Shown here: positions 22,042 through 31,480 of the stretch, piece after piece
Position numbering within the stretch: the stretch's first letter is position 1
Layout of the letters: every line of letters begins with the position of its first letter
IMG/VR virus record: IMGVR_UViG_2728369181_000006
Span: 1-44,578 of that record
From: a virus
Lineage: Duplodnaviria > Heunggongvirae > Uroviricota > Caudoviricetes
Strand: one strand, 5' to 3'
DNA: 44,578 bases
Program-made: the position numbers and the translations under genes
Notes under the pieces: generated by a model
Database searches by the model: none
Seen by the model: only the letters and a program-made list of their open reading frames with translations
Told to the model about the DNA's origin: nothing

Positions 22042-22521
22042 TTAAATGATTTGCCAGTCTTCAGCCATCAGGTCGCCAATGGATGGAACCCATGTAGCAA
22101 GGCGGTTCTGTGAGTTTTTCAATACAAGCGTGTCATTGAAAGTTGGCTCGCCAACATATTCGCCAAAGCCATAACCCAACGCAGACGCTAATTTTTCCCC
22201 TTTCACGAGATAAACAAACTGGTCTTTCCCATTCCATCCTACCCGCTGCAAACTTTTGCCCTGTTTTAACGCTTCCATGGCCAGACCGAAACTTAGTCCT
22301 GATACAGGACGATAAGCCTTTTCGAATACTTCTTTTGGACTCCAGCTAACGTAGCCATCAAAGCGATCGGTGTTAGGTTTTCCGCCATCCAGATATTCAA
22401 CCAGATAGCCTTCGTCCTCGCCGTTTTCTCCGGCAGGAAGCTGCCAGCCACGAAAATCGTTATATGCCTGTCTCGTCATCGGAAAGGCGTTAATCAGTTT
22501 TACGCCAATATGCTGGGTCAT
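22042..22521 (-). CDS. DUF2829-like (Tad2-type) protein, 159 aa, possible anti-defence factor
   Basis: C-terminal half LKQGKSLQRVGWNGKDQFVYLVKG...WVPSIGDLMAEDWQII resembles the DUF2829 family as recalled; located in the Rz-to-terminase cargo locus. Confidence 0.45.
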   Translation of the reverse strand: MTQHIGVKLINAFPMTRQAYNDFRGWQLPAGENGEDEGYLVEYLDGGKPNTDRFDGYVSWSPKEVFEKAYRPVSGLSFGLAMEALKQGKSLQRVGWNGKDQFVYLVKGEKLASALGYGFGEYVGEPTFNDTLVLKNSQNRLATWVPSIGDLMAEDWQII

Positions 22522-22545
22522 AAAATTACCTATGGAGTTGGGAAT

Positions 22546-22568
22546 AAAAAACCCCGCGAATGCGAGGC
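22546..22568 (-). terminator. Putative terminator downstream of the lysis cassette
   Basis: Minus strand ccucgc auuc gcgggg (one G-U pair) followed by UUUUUUAUU. Confidence 0.35.
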
Positions 22569-22742
22569 TAAATCCTGGTGTTTGTGATGACTGGCCCTTA
22601 TCTCAACGCAGCCCCTTACTGCGTGCCAGATGCTCAATATCAAGCATCAGCAATGAGATGTTTAATCTGGATTCACTCCAGAAGTGATCACCACCCTGTC
22701 TACAGAGCCAGATGTGAAGGATGATGAGTAAAATTATCGCTA

Positions 22743-23180
22743 TCATCGAAGGCATTGCGTCCTGATGTACTCCTGCAGGTAGTTAACCTGCGCGGTTATC
22801 CTGTCGATTCCACTTCTGAGACGGTAATAATTGAGTTCAGCATCTGCTGTAAGTCTTGGGCTTTCTCCATCGCCCATGCTGCTGGCTCCGGTCGTTGACT
22901 TTGCACAGGTGGCGGCGACTTGCAGGCGCTTACGACCAGCAGAAACATCAGCACGGAGACTTTCGATAGTCGCGTTAGCATCAGCAAGCTCCTTTGTGTA
23001 TCTGGCGTCGAGTTCTGCTACATCACGTTGACGCTTCTGCATGTCAGCGATGATGGATGCGGCCTTATCGCGCTGCTCTTTGTAGGCGATGGCGTTATCA
23101 CGGTAATGATTAACAGCCCATGACAGGCAAACGATGATGCAGATAACCAGAGCGGAGATAATCGCGGTGACTCTGCTCAT
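22743..23180 (-). CDS. Rz: Spanin inner-membrane subunit Rz
   Basis: N-terminal TM segment, coiled-coil; ATGA overlap with R; similar to lambda Rz. Confidence 0.8.
   Translation of the reverse strand: MSRVTAIISALVICIIVCLSWAVNHYRDNAIAYKEQRDKAASIIADMQKRQRDVAELDARYTKELADANATIESLRADVSAGRKRLQVAATCAKSTTGASSMGDGESPRLTADAELNYYRLRSGIDRITAQVNYLQEYIRTQCLR
22796..22981 (-). CDS. Rz1: Spanin outer-membrane lipoprotein Rz1 (embedded in Rz, +1 frame)
   Basis: Lipobox LLVVSAC followed by a proline-rich segment; embedded in Rz as in lambda. Confidence 0.7.
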   Translation of the reverse strand: MLTRLSKVSVLMFLLVVSACKSPPPVQSQRPEPAAWAMEKAQDLQQMLNSIITVSEVESTG

Positions 23181-23653
23181 ACCTCAATCTCTCTGACCGT
23201 TCCGCCAGCCTCTTTGAATTTTGCGATCAGGCTGTCAGCCTTATGCTCGAACTGACCATAACCAGCGCCCGGCAATGAAGCCCAGATATTGCTGCAACGG
23301 TCGATTGCCTGACGGATATCACCGCGATCAATCATCGGCAAAGCGCCACGCTCTTTAATCTGTTGCAATGCCACAGCGTCCTGACTTTTGGGAGAGAAGT
23401 CTTTCAGGCCAAGCTGCTTACGGTAGGCATCCCACCAACGGGAAAGAAGCTGGTAGCGTCCGGCGGCTGTTGATTTGAGTTTGGGGTTTAGCGTGACAAG
23501 TTTGCGAGGGTGATCGGAGTAATCAGTGAATATCTCTCCGCCAACAATGACGTCATAACCATGATTTCTGGTTTTCTGACGTCCGTTATCAGTTCCCTCT
23601 GACCACGCCAGCATATCGAGGAACGCCTTACGTTGATTATTGATTTCCACCAT
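23177..23653 (-). CDS. R: Endolysin R (lambda-type lytic transglycosylase), 158 aa
   Basis: Near-identical to lambda R as recalled ([39 protein letters not shown]...). Confidence 0.9.
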   Translation of the reverse strand: MVEINNQRKAFLDMLAWSEGTDNGRQKTRNHGYDVIVGGEIFTDYSDHPRKLVTLNPKLKSTAAGRYQLLSRWWDAYRKQLGLKDFSPKSQDAVALQQIKERGALPMIDRGDIRQAIDRCSNIWASLPGAGYGQFEHKADSLIAKFKEAGGTVREIEV

Positions 23654-23960
23654 CTTCTACTCCGGCTTTTTTAGCAGCGAAGCGTTTGATAAGCGAACCA
23701 ATCGAGTCAGTACCGATGTAGCCGATGAACACGCTCGTTATATAAGCGAGATTGCTACTTAGTCCGGCGAAGTCGAGAAGGTCACGAATGAACCAGGCGA
23801 TAATGGCGCACATCGTTGCGTCGATTACTGTTTTTGTAAACGCACCGCCATTATATCTGCCGCGAAGGTACGCCATTGCAAACGCAAGGATTGCCCCGAT
23901 GCCTTGTTCCTTTGCCGCGAGAATGGCGGCTAACAGGTCATGTTTTTCTGGCATCTTCAT
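23637..23960 (-). CDS. S: Holin S (lambda S107/S105 dual-start)
   Basis: [39 protein letters not shown]... matches lambda S as recalled; Met1-Lys2-Met3 dual-start motif present. Confidence 0.9.
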   Translation of the reverse strand: MKMPEKHDLLAAILAAKEQGIGAILAFAMAYLRGRYNGGAFTKTVIDATMCAIIAWFIRDLLDFAGLSSNLAYITSVFIGYIGTDSIGSLIKRFAAKKAGVEDGGNQ

Positions 23961-24255
23961 GTCTTACCCCCAATAAGGGGATTTGCTCTATTTAATTAGG
24001 AATAAGGTCGATTACTGATAGAACAAATCCAGGCTACTGTGTTTAGTAATCAGATTTGTTCGTGACCGATATGCACGGGCAAAACGGCAGGAGGTTGTTA
24101 GCGCAGCCTCTTGCCACCCGCCTTCACGAAGCCAGCCATTGCGCTGGTTTTCTTTTATGCAAAGCACACCGCACCGTAGCCACAGCGGATAAGGTGATTA
24201 TTTTTGTCTGTCTGGTATTTGGTTTGATGTGCTTTCAGAAAGGCCGTGCTTAAAA

Positions 24256-24293
24256 CGCAAAAAGCCCCGAGCTATTAACTCAGGGCTTTATTT
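24256..24293 (-). terminator. tR'-like terminator about 50 nt downstream of pR'
   Basis: Minus strand gcccugag...cucggggc hairpin followed by UUUUUGCGUUUU. Confidence 0.5.
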
Positions 24294-24322
24294 AACGAGT
24301 GCATTTATCCATCGTTGGGTCA

Positions 24323-24351
24323 AATTTACCCAACTTTATTCAAAAAGTCAA
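24323..24351 (-). promoter_or_regulatory. Late promoter pR' (with qut region)
   Basis: Minus strand TTGACT, 17 bp, TAAATT; matches lambda pR' as recalled; immediately downstream of Q. Confidence 0.7.
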
Positions 24352-24393
24352 CATCATGCCGTAAAGATGTTGCCATCCGTGGCAATCATGCCG

Positions 24394-25017
24394 CTAACGT
24401 GTGACCGCATTCAAAATGTTGTCTGCGATTGACTCTTCTTTGTGGCATTGCACCACCAGAGCGTCATACAGTGGCTTAACAGTGCGTGACCAGGTGGGTT
24501 GAGTAAGGTTTGGGATTAGCATCGTTACAGCGCGATATGCGGCGCTTGCTGGCATTCTTGAATAGCCGACACCTTTGCATCTTCCGCATTCTTTCTCGAC
24601 AACTCTCCCCCACCGTTCTGTTTTGGCAATATCAACGGCCCGGCCAGTACCGTGACAATCTCTGCATCTTGCGCCCGGCGTCGCGGCACTACGGCAATAA
24701 TCCGCATAAGCGAATGTTGCGAGCACTTGCAGTACCTTTGCCTTAGTATTTCCTTCAAGCTTTGCAACGCCACGGTATTTCCCCGATACCTTGTGTGCAA
24801 ATTGCATCAGATAGTTGATAGCCTTTTGTTTGTCGTTCTGGCTGAGTTCATGCTTACCGCAGAATGCAGCCATTCCGAATCCGGCTTGTGATTGCGCCAT
24901 CCCCATAGCAGCCATCACATCAGTACCGGAAAGAGAGTCAGAAGCCGTGGCCCGTGGTGAGTCGCTCATCATCGGGCTTTTTGGCGAATGAAATTTAGCT
25001 ACGCTTTCGAGTCTCAT
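24394..25017 (-). CDS. Q: Late antiterminator Q (lambda-type), 207 aa
   Basis: Near-identical to lambda Q as recalled ([44 protein letters not shown]...). Confidence 0.9.
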   Translation of the reverse strand: MRLESVAKFHSPKSPMMSDSPRATASDSLSGTDVMAAMGMAQSQAGFGMAAFCGKHELSQNDKQKAINYLMQFAHKVSGKYRGVAKLEGNTKAKVLQVLATFAYADYCRSAATPGARCRDCHGTGRAVDIAKTERWGRVVEKECGRCKGVGYSRMPASAAYRAVTMLIPNLTQPTWSRTVKPLYDALVVQCHKEESIADNILNAVTR

Positions 25018-25679
25018 GCGCCTTCTCCCTGTACCTGAATCAATGTGAGGTTTCCGCAGAACACTGCGCCGGTATCGATATACATCTGGTTGGCAAACTT
25101 GAGTGGTTTCACTGCTGGCGTATGACCAAAGATGAACGTGTCCGCGCCTTTGATTTCTTTCACGATCCCGTCTTGTGAGTTGCTGATTCGTTCGCGGTTC
25201 CAGATTACCTGCTGATGATCAACTGGCTTTCCAAACTCGTATTCGTCACAAGGATAATCGGCGTGGCAGATGACATATTTTTTATCTTTGCTCACCAGTT
25301 CGATGATTAACGGAAGTTCATCTGCTTTATGGGCAAGAGCTTTAGCCAGAATTTCTTTGTCGTAATCGAGATTAAAGAACCAGCCACCGCCATTAAGCAG
25401 CCAGTGATTAACGTTTCCACGCTCTGATAAGCCATCAATCATCATTTGCTCATGGTTTCCACGTACAGCTCTGAACCAGGGGAATGTGATTAATTCCAGG
25501 CATTCAACGTTCTCTGCACCACGATCAACCAAATCGCCCACCGAGATAAGCAGGTCTTTTTTGTTGTCGAATCCAATCGTATCCAGTTTGTTCATCAGGT
25601 TCGTGTAGCATCCGTGCAGATCGCCAACTACCCAAATATTTCGGTATTTGCTGCCATCAATTTTTTCGCAATAGCGCAT
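25014..25679 (-). CDS. Ser/Thr protein phosphatase (lambda orf221 PPase)
   Basis: Calcineurin-like metallophosphatase motifs GDLHG, GDLVDRG, GNHE; start at internal ATG 25679 ([23 protein letters not shown]). Confidence 0.85.
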   Translation of the reverse strand: MRYCEKIDGSKYRNIWVVGDLHGCYTNLMNKLDTIGFDNKKDLLISVGDLVDRGAENVECLELITFPWFRAVRGNHEQMMIDGLSERGNVNHWLLNGGGWFFNLDYDKEILAKALAHKADELPLIIELVSKDKKYVICHADYPCDEYEFGKPVDHQQVIWNRERISNSQDGIVKEIKGADTFIFGHTPAVKPLKFANQMYIDTGAVFCGNLTLIQVQGEGA

Positions 25680-25863
25680 CTCTTTCACTCCATCCGCGAT
25701 GAACCATGAGAACGTCGTTGACGATGGCGTGCATTTTCCCGTCTTTATCATCAACGTATTTTCTGACCGTACCGCGACTACATTTCAGTCTGCGTGCTAC
25801 TTCTGTCTGGTTTCCGTATGCTTCAACGAGCATGTCTGGAATGGTTTTTACTGAGAACGTCAT
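25657..25863 (-). CDS. ninH: NinH, 68 aa
   Basis: Matches lambda NinH as recalled ([37 protein letters not shown]...). Confidence 0.8.
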   Translation of the reverse strand: MTFSVKTIPDMLVEAYGNQTEVARRLKCSRGTVRKYVDDKDGKMHAIVNDVLMVHRGWSERDALLRKN

Positions 25864-26471
25864 GCGGCCTCACTTCTGCTATTTCGCAGGTCTTTGAGTT
25901 TCTGTTGGTACTCTGCCTTGATCGCCTTGCACTCTTCGACAGTCCAGCGATGGCGGCTATGGTTTGATTCGATTTCGTCTACTGCTTCCTGCCCGATGCG
26001 GTTAATCAGTTCGACGCGATACGGAACGAGATTTCCGCTTTTGTGCTGGTTGCACACCACGCATTGCTTGTGAATATTGCGTTCATCAAATCGGAGTTGA
26101 GGTGCCGCAGCAGTTGTCCGGTAATGTCCGGCATCCCACTGAGCAGACGTGAGCGTTCCGCACGAGATACATGGTAAGTCGCGGTCTCTTTCTCTGATGA
26201 AGGCGTTTACGGCTTGTTGGGCTTGTTTAATCCAGTAACTGCGGGGCTTTAAGGCGAGTTTTCGAATCTTAAGTTTATCTTTCTGTTTCTGCTCCTCTCG
26301 TCGCCGTTTCTTCTCTGCTGCTTTTTCCGCTTTTTCGCGTTCTTTGCTTCGTCGTTCGAGTGCTATCTTGGTTCCACACTCTGGAGAGCACCACCACTGA
26401 TTAGCGAATGCAGGGTGAAACCATTCCCGACATTCATCGTTTTTACATCGTCTTCGCGCTGGTTTAGCCAT
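25860..26471 (-). CDS. ninG: NinG (Rap) recombination protein, 203 aa
   Basis: Matches lambda NinG as recalled; Cys-rich; basic KR-rich central region. Confidence 0.8.
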   Translation of the reverse strand: MAKPARRRCKNDECREWFHPAFANQWWCSPECGTKIALERRSKEREKAEKAAEKKRRREEQKQKDKLKIRKLALKPRSYWIKQAQQAVNAFIRERDRDLPCISCGTLTSAQWDAGHYRTTAAAPQLRFDERNIHKQCVVCNQHKSGNLVPYRVELINRIGQEAVDEIESNHSRHRWTVEECKAIKAEYQQKLKDLRNSRSEAA

Positions 26472-26640
26472 CGTCTTCTTCCTCGTACATTGAGCTATTC
26501 GGATCGCTCATCAGTTCTGCGCAGCAGTGCTCACACACGTGAACTTCCAGCACATGCAGCTTCTGACCGCAGTTAGCGCACGTTAAAGCTCACTCGACGC
26601 TTTCTTTCTGGTATTGAATGGATTGGGATGGGCTAAGCAT
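26464..26640 (-). pseudogene. ninF: ninF-like ORF interrupted by an in-frame TGA at codon 17
   Basis: Reads [16 protein letters not shown][45 protein letters not shown]; the Cys-rich segment continues in frame after TGA (minus-strand codon at 26590-26592). Confidence 0.55.
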
Positions 26641-27014
26641 TATTGGATTCTCTGCATCATGAGAAAGACAATCATGGCGGCGCGGAGAGGCGATTCACCG
26701 CAGAAGCAGTAGTCAGGAATATTTCCCCATTCCCAACAACCTTCCTCTAAATCACCTCCTGACCATGCGCACCATTCTTTTTCCGCTGTCATCCACATGG
26801 TGCTAATTTTGTTTTCAGTGATGATCGGATATGCGTCAGCGGCCATATTACATGGGTCGAAATATCCGCAAGGCAAAAACTCACCACCATCAATTCCAGC
26901 CAAGTAAACTTCTTTCTTTTCTGGATCCCAGTCGTAATTGTTTTTTCCTAGCACGATATGCGCGACTTTTAAGTTAATTTCAAAATCACTTAACTGTGAA
27001 TAATCCATTGTCAT
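26640..27014 (-). CDS. Hypothetical Cys/Trp-rich protein between ninE and ninF (NinX position), 124 aa
   Basis: ATG 27014 in ATGA overlap with ninE stop; the identically placed P22 gene is ninX. Confidence 0.45.
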   Translation of the reverse strand: MTMDYSQLSDFEINLKVAHIVLGKNNYDWDPEKKEVYLAGIDGGEFLPCGYFDPCNMAADAYPIITENKISTMWMTAEKEWCAWSGGDLEEGCWEWGNIPDYCFCGESPLRAAMIVFLMMQRIQ

Positions 27015-27187
27015 TTCCTCGCACGATGTCTTAGCCACCGGATATCCCACAGGTGAGCCGTGTAGTTGAAGGTTTTTACGTCAGATTCTTTTGGGATTGG
27101 CTTGCGTTTATTTCTGGAGCGTTTCGTTGGGAGGTATTTGCAGTTTTCGCAGATTATGTCGGTGATACTTCGTCGCTGTCGTCTCAT
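27011..27187 (-). CDS. ninE: NinE, 58 aa
   Basis: [23 protein letters not shown]...[16 protein letters not shown] matches lambda NinE as recalled. Confidence 0.8.
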   Translation of the reverse strand: MRRQRRSITDIICENCKYLPTKRSRNKRKPIPKESDVKTFNYTAHLWDIRWLRHRARK

Positions 27188-27594
27188 TCGTACCTCCTGT
27201 CGGTAAATCTGACACCCTGACCAATAGCCCATGCTGTCGTGTACTCAATTAGACTTGCCATACGCTTCACACTCATCTGCGCGCTGCTTTCGCGAATGTT
27301 GACGTATTCGCCTTCAAGGCCGGGCAAAACATCAGCTTCCTGTTTTGTTGCCACTGCATGACCGCTGATCAACAAAACCTTCCATTGTTCTGGTTTTAGC
27401 CATTTATCGCACCATTGAACCTGACGAGCGATATCCGCCAGCATCGCGTGAAATTTTGCGTTCTGGTCAAGGTTGCGCTTGTAGTCAGTAATGCGGATGG
27501 TGACTGGCTTGTCTTTATCGAGTGGTGTTGCGAGGATGGCGTTGATTGCGGCTTGCTGTTGTTGCTTAGTTCGGAGGAAGATTGTTTGCTTCAT
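27184..27594 (-). CDS. ninB: NinB (Orf-family recombination mediator), 136 aa
   Basis: Similar to lambda NinB (…[32 protein letters not shown]…); ATG 27594. Confidence 0.75.
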   Translation of the reverse strand: MKQTIFLRTKQQQQAAINAILATPLDKDKPVTIRITDYKRNLDQNAKFHAMLADIARQVQWCDKWLKPEQWKVLLISGHAVATKQEADVLPGLEGEYVNIRESSAQMSVKRMASLIEYTTAWAIGQGVRFTDRRYE

Positions 27595-27596
27595 CG

Positions 27597-27866
27597 TTAC
27601 TCCTTCACTTTGACTCCAGCAGCGCGAATCAGTCCTTCGCATTCACTAATTGCGTCGTTATAACCAAATGTGACCCCATCCTCGAAATCGGTAGAAAATG
27701 CCTCACGCTCTCTTTTTCCAGGACACTCAATCTCGATAGCTGCTCGCGATGCCTGCCACGCCTCCCATGCAATCTCGACCTTGATGTGCATAATCTTCAT
27801 CACGTCACTTGAAACGTGATATTTGTTTTTAAACCATTCTTCAAACTGCTTTCTTGAATCGTCCAT
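27597..27866 (-). CDS. Hypothetical nin-region protein, 89 aa
   Basis: ATG 27866 one nt after the upstream stop; unknown function. Confidence 0.4.
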   Translation of the reverse strand: MDDSRKQFEEWFKNKYHVSSDVMKIMHIKVEIAWEAWQASRAAIEIECPGKREREAFSTDFEDGVTFGYNDAISECEGLIRAAGVKVKE

Positions 27867-27867
27867 A

Positions 27868-28089
27868 TCAATCCCCGTTAGTCGTTTCACTCACGAATCC
27901 GACAAAACCAGCCATGTTAATTTGCATGAGTTTTTTCAACACCTTGTCTCTTCGACTCCGTTTTGGTTTTGGCCTGTGGTTGAATCTTTCACAAACTGGA
28001 AGGCTTGATGATTTCCAGTACCTATTACGCCTTGCTCCATCTTCCGCCATATCAGCATGAATAAGGTCTGCGAGTGTGCTCATATTCAT
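27868..28089 (-). CDS. Hypothetical nin-region protein, 73 aa
   Basis: ATG start; basic C-terminal half; unknown function. Confidence 0.35.
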   Translation of the reverse strand: MNMSTLADLIHADMAEDGARRNRYWKSSSLPVCERFNHRPKPKRSRRDKVLKKLMQINMAGFVGFVSETTNGD

Positions 28090-28097
28090 CTCTCCAG

Positions 28098-28280
28098 TTA
28101 CATTGGTTTTGTAATGTTGCTAGTCATCGTTCGAATAACAAAATGCGTAAGTAACCTTGCTTTCCACATGTAAATCTCTTCAAGTCGAGATAAATCTACG
28201 AATACCGGACCTTTGTAATCTGGTCTTGATGCCCTTATGTATGAGCTAATAGTTTGTGCATCTTGCTCGTCCAGATTCAT
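28098..28280 (-). CDS. Hypothetical nin-region protein, 60 aa
   Basis: ATG 28280 with GAGAGGGAAG RBS; overlaps the stop of the upstream micro-ORF. Confidence 0.4.
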   Translation of the reverse strand: MNLDEQDAQTISSYIRASRPDYKGPVFVDLSRLEEIYMWKARLLTHFVIRTMTSNITKPM

Positions 28281-28357
28281 GACTTCCCTCTCCCCCAAAT
28301 AAAAAGGCCTGCGATTACCAGCAGGCCTGTTATTAGCTCAGTGATGTAGATGGTCAT
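28277..28357 (-). CDS. Candidate 26-aa hydrophobic micro-protein (MTIYITELITGLLVIAGLFIWGRGKS)
   Basis: ATG in ATGA overlap with the upstream 89-aa gene stop, GGGAGA RBS, stop overlapping the next ATG; single predicted TM helix; contains the terminator hairpin. Confidence 0.3.
   Translation of the reverse strand: MTIYITELITGLLVIAGLFIWGRGKS
28295..28325 (-). terminator. Rho-independent terminator in the nin region (tR2-like)
   Basis: 8-bp stem aggcctgc/gcaggcct followed on the minus strand by UUUUUUAUUUG. Confidence 0.5.
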
Positions 28358-28623
28358 TGCTTCATCTCCCTTTCCATTTCATCAATGTCAACGTCATCAG
28401 GAAGATGGGAGCAATACGCCGCTATACCATGATGATTTATCTCATACCCTTTGAACGTTACCATCTGGCGCGTAATCTCAACTTCGTTCAGGAATCCGTC
28501 ATCGCATAACTGCCTGGCTATTTTCGATTTGGTCTGGATTATTGGTAGTGCCTGTTCTTTCAAAGCGCATGATATTTGTGCATCCCATGCCTTTTCGAGA
28601 ATGGCTAATTGTTTTTTATTCAT
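28354..28623 (-). CDS. Hypothetical nin-region protein, 89 aa
   Basis: ATGA overlap with helicase stop; unknown function. Confidence 0.4.
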   Translation of the reverse strand: MNKKQLAILEKAWDAQISCALKEQALPIIQTKSKIARQLCDDGFLNEVEITRQMVTFKGYEINHHGIAAYCSHLPDDVDIDEMEREMKQ

Positions 28624-30059
28624 CAGAATCCTCCTTTCTTCTTGGACTGCGGTTCCTCGCGTTCACGGCGGCGCATTTCAGCAGACTGTTGGTCTGTGTC
28701 ATAAATAGCGCCATTTGCCTGAATGCAATACACCGTGCCGGTATTGCCATGACGATTGAGGCGAAGGATTAGTTCGGTTTCACCAGGAGGAACGCTGTCA
28801 TCAAAAGCACCTTCACGATGGATCCCCACCCAATAATCGCAATCCTGTTCAATCTGCCCTGTATCTCGTGAGTCACTTGGTAATGGGCGTTTATTGGTTC
28901 GGCTTTCCAGTGCGCGGTTAAGCTGTGTCAGAAGCACAACAACGCAATCAAGCTCTTTGGCAAGGTTCTTCAGTCCTTTGGTGATCATGCCGTAAGCAAG
29001 GTCGTTGCGATCGGCCTTTTCAGCGGTCATTAGTGTCAGGTAATCGACCAGAATCATGCCAACACATCCTTTTTCTCGCTTGATTCGACGGCTTTCGCTG
29101 ACGATTTGAGCCAGAGATAATCCCGGCGTGTCGTCGATGTAAAGCAGGTCGATTTCACTCAAGCGATTGGCTGTTTCGATCGCCCTGTTGAAGTCACCAT
29201 CGTAATCACCCTGATAGCCGTCATCAGCGTCATTTGTCGCCGGAAGGTAAAAAATATTGGTGTTAACACCTGACTTTTGCCCTACCAGTTTTTCCAGTAT
29301 CTGGTCACCTGGCATTTCAAGGCTGAACATCAGAGCGGGCTTTTTCTCATGCACTGCGCAGTTGATTGCCATCTGGCTGTATAGCGTCGTTTTCCCCATC
29401 TTAGGGCGAGCGCCAATGACAAACAAAGAGCCTTTCACCAGACCTTTCGGTGACAGCATCCTGTCCAGCGATGGGATCCCTGTGCTCATTCCTCGTTGTT
29501 CGCCTGACGGGTCAAAACGCTTCTCAAGGTCGCTAACCCAGTCTTCCATGACCTCACCAAATGAGCGAAGTCCGCGACGCGATCCGGTTTTTGCATGGTC
29601 TGTCAGTTGCGTGAAAATCGCCTGAATAGCTTCGTACTTCTGCGTTGCAGTCATTCCGTTGCGGGAATAGAGCAATTCCGTCGCTTCAGTCATGCGGTTG
29701 ATGGCGTAGCGTTCCATTGCGGTTTCGCGAACCTGCATTGCATAGGCAACGATGTTTGCGGCGCTTGGCGTGTTCTTTGCGATCTCAGCGATATAAGCAA
29801 AACCGCCAACAGACGCCGTTAACGATTTACGCTCCAGTTCATCGAAAAGCGTCAGGCCATCTACTGGCTTTTGCTCCCGGTGCATTCTGGTTATTTCTTC
29901 GAAAAGGATTTTGTGTGGCCGGCTGTAAAATGAGTCAGGCTTCAGCATCGCCAGAACCTTCTGGACGCGCTCACTGCTGTCATCATCCAGAAGCAATCCA
30001 CCAATCACCGCCTGCTCTGCCTCGATGCTATGGGGCGGCGCATAAAAATTATCGGTCAT
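28623..30059 (-). CDS. Replicative DNA helicase, DnaB family (P22 gp12-like)
   Basis: Walker A GARPKMGKTT; DnaB N-terminal signature SIEAEQAVIGGLLLD; start placed at ATG 30059 (the ORF-track start at 30074 is GTG). Confidence 0.85.
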   Translation of the reverse strand: MTDNFYAPPHSIEAEQAVIGGLLLDDDSSERVQKVLAMLKPDSFYSRPHKILFEEITRMHREQKPVDGLTLFDELERKSLTASVGGFAYIAEIAKNTPSAANIVAYAMQVRETAMERYAINRMTEATELLYSRNGMTATQKYEAIQAIFTQLTDHAKTGSRRGLRSFGEVMEDWVSDLEKRFDPSGEQRGMSTGIPSLDRMLSPKGLVKGSLFVIGARPKMGKTTLYSQMAINCAVHEKKPALMFSLEMPGDQILEKLVGQKSGVNTNIFYLPATNDADDGYQGDYDGDFNRAIETANRLSEIDLLYIDDTPGLSLAQIVSESRRIKREKGCVGMILVDYLTLMTAEKADRNDLAYGMITKGLKNLAKELDCVVVLLTQLNRALESRTNKRPLPSDSRDTGQIEQDCDYWVGIHREGAFDDSVPPGETELILRLNRHGNTGTVYCIQANGAIYDTDQQSAEMRRREREEPQSKKKGGF

Positions 30060-30948
30060 CGTGTTCACCCTCACGAACTTTCAGGTAGGTATTGTCGTTA
30101 AGCAGGAAATCAAATCCCTTTTTGTGCCAGACGGTTCCGCGTTGATGGTTTTGGCGCTCTTCGAACATCCATCGGCAATTTTCGCCTACGTAGCTCAAAT
30201 AATTTCTCCAGTCCTGCATCGTGAACCCATGCCCGTCAAGCTGGCGGGTTATCACTCCGGCTTTGCGCCAGAACGTTCGGATCTGGTTTTTACGCTTGTC
30301 ATTCAGTGCGCGGATTCTTGGCGCTTCAGGAAGGATTTCGTGGTAAGCATCGACAACATCCTGACAGCTAACGGAAGGTTTTTTCTTGTCAGACTTTTTT
30401 TCTGCTGTGGCACTCTCTAATACGTCAGTATTAGAGATAATATTATTATATTCTTTATCTGTGGTAATTTGCTGGTAATCTGCTGGTACAGTATTGCTTA
30501 CAGGCATTGGTATTGCTGGCTTTGAGGTGGTAATTTGCTGGTAATCTGCTGGTACAAAATTTGACTGATAATCGTCATATTTCTCTACCGAGAAAACTGA
30601 GAATTTACCGTGTGAAACCCAGTCAATCATGCCGAGTTTTTTGAACTTTCTAAGCAGGTACTGAACGCGATCTGGTTTGAGTCCTGTTTCAAACGCCAGA
30701 GAGTTTCTACCGCCAAGTAGCTTCCCTCTGCCTACCAGAATTTCTCCTGCGTCAGTCATTACATACTCAGGCGTATGCTTTGCTTTGAGGATTAAGTGAA
30801 CCCACAGATGCGCTGCTTCTGCGTCCTTGTAAAATGGCACATCCATAATTTTACGGTGCAGCAAGGCATACCCCTTACCGCTGCTTTGATGCGGTTGTTG
30901 TAGCCTTCTGGCCTCTCTGGCTTCGGCTAGATTAGATATGTTACTCAT
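30049..30948 (-). CDS. Replication initiation protein (O-like, P22 gp18-type), 299 aa, contains origin iterons
   Basis: Position between cII/orf48 and helicase; internal protein repeat [10 protein letters not shown] matches the DNA iterons; AGGAGA RBS. Confidence 0.7.
   Translation of the reverse strand: MSNISNLAEAREARRLQQPHQSSGKGYALLHRKIMDVPFYKDAEAAHLWVHLILKAKHTPEYVMTDAGEILVGRGKLLGGRNSLAFETGLKPDRVQYLLRKFKKLGMIDWVSHGKFSVFSVEKYDDYQSNFVPADYQQITTSKPAIPMPVSNTVPADYQQITTDKEYNNIISNTDVLESATAEKKSDKKKPSVSCQDVVDAYHEILPEAPRIRALNDKRKNQIRTFWRKAGVITRQLDGHGFTMQDWRNYLSYVGENCRWMFEERQNHQRGTVWHKKGFDFLLNDNTYLKVREGEHDDR
30461..30556. repeat. ori: Replication-origin iterons inside the O-like gene
   Basis: Two 30-bp copies of gtggtaatttgctggtaatctgctggtaca (30461-30490, 30527-30556), each built from ~11-bp TGGTAATnTGC sub-repeats, next to an AT-rich tract at 30431-30460. 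Confidence 0.75.
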
Positions 30949-31087
30949 GACCTTTCTCCTTCTGCATCAGCTTCACTTTTTCCAACTCAGCCCGGAATCG
31001 ACCAGGCTGCTTGAAGCTGGACAGGAAGCGATCACGTAGTATGTGTTTGTGAATTTTGTCCTGGTAAGGACTGAGTTGTTTTGTCAT
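30941..31087 (-). CDS. Small ORF (48 aa) between cII and the O-like gene (orf48 position)
   Basis: ATG 31087 with GGAG RBS; stop overlaps the O-like start. Confidence 0.4.
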   Translation of the reverse strand: MTKQLSPYQDKIHKHILRDRFLSSFKQPGRFRAELEKVKLMQKEKGHE

Positions 31088-31119
31088 AATGACTCCTGTG
31101 GATTGATCCAGTAATTACC

Positions 31120-31416
31120 TCAGAACTCCATCTGGATTTGTTCAGAACGCTCGGTTGCCGCCGGGCGTTTTTTATTGGTTAGTCCATCAAGCGCATACTT
31201 AAAAGCCCTGCTAATCGGACTGATGTCTGATGCCATTCCGAAAGCACACAAGACCGAAGCAATAAACCTCCAGTCCGTTCTGCTTATCTTCGATTCATGA
31301 CAGCCAATCATCTTTGCCAGACCGCGCTGGGTAAGCGTTGACAGGTTGATGAGTAAATCTGTTTCTGCGCGATCAACGTCACGCTGTGATAGTTTGCTGT
31401 AACTTGTTTGTTCCAT
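31120..31416 (-). CDS. cII: CII-type transcriptional activator (chimeric: divergent N-terminal part, lambda-identical C-terminal 19 aa)
   Basis: C-terminus TNKKRPAATERSEQIQMEF matches lambda CII as recalled; position directly after cro/nutR. Confidence 0.7.
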   Translation of the reverse strand: MEQTSYSKLSQRDVDRAETDLLINLSTLTQRGLAKMIGCHESKISRTDWRFIASVLCAFGMASDISPISRAFKYALDGLTNKKRPAATERSEQIQMEF

Positions 31417-31480
31417 TTCTTACTATTTCCATAGGTAAATAATCACTAATACCCATCTTTCGATGGGTGCTTAATTAGTT

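Noticed and set aside
24056-24432. Plus-strand ORFs (65 and 67 aa) between S and Q
   Set aside because: Lie on the non-transcribed strand of the pR'-tR'-S leader, which matches lambda non-coding sequence.
28623-30948. Lambda P and ren genes expected after O
   Set aside because: Replaced by a DnaB-type helicase and different nin genes, a P22-type replication module.
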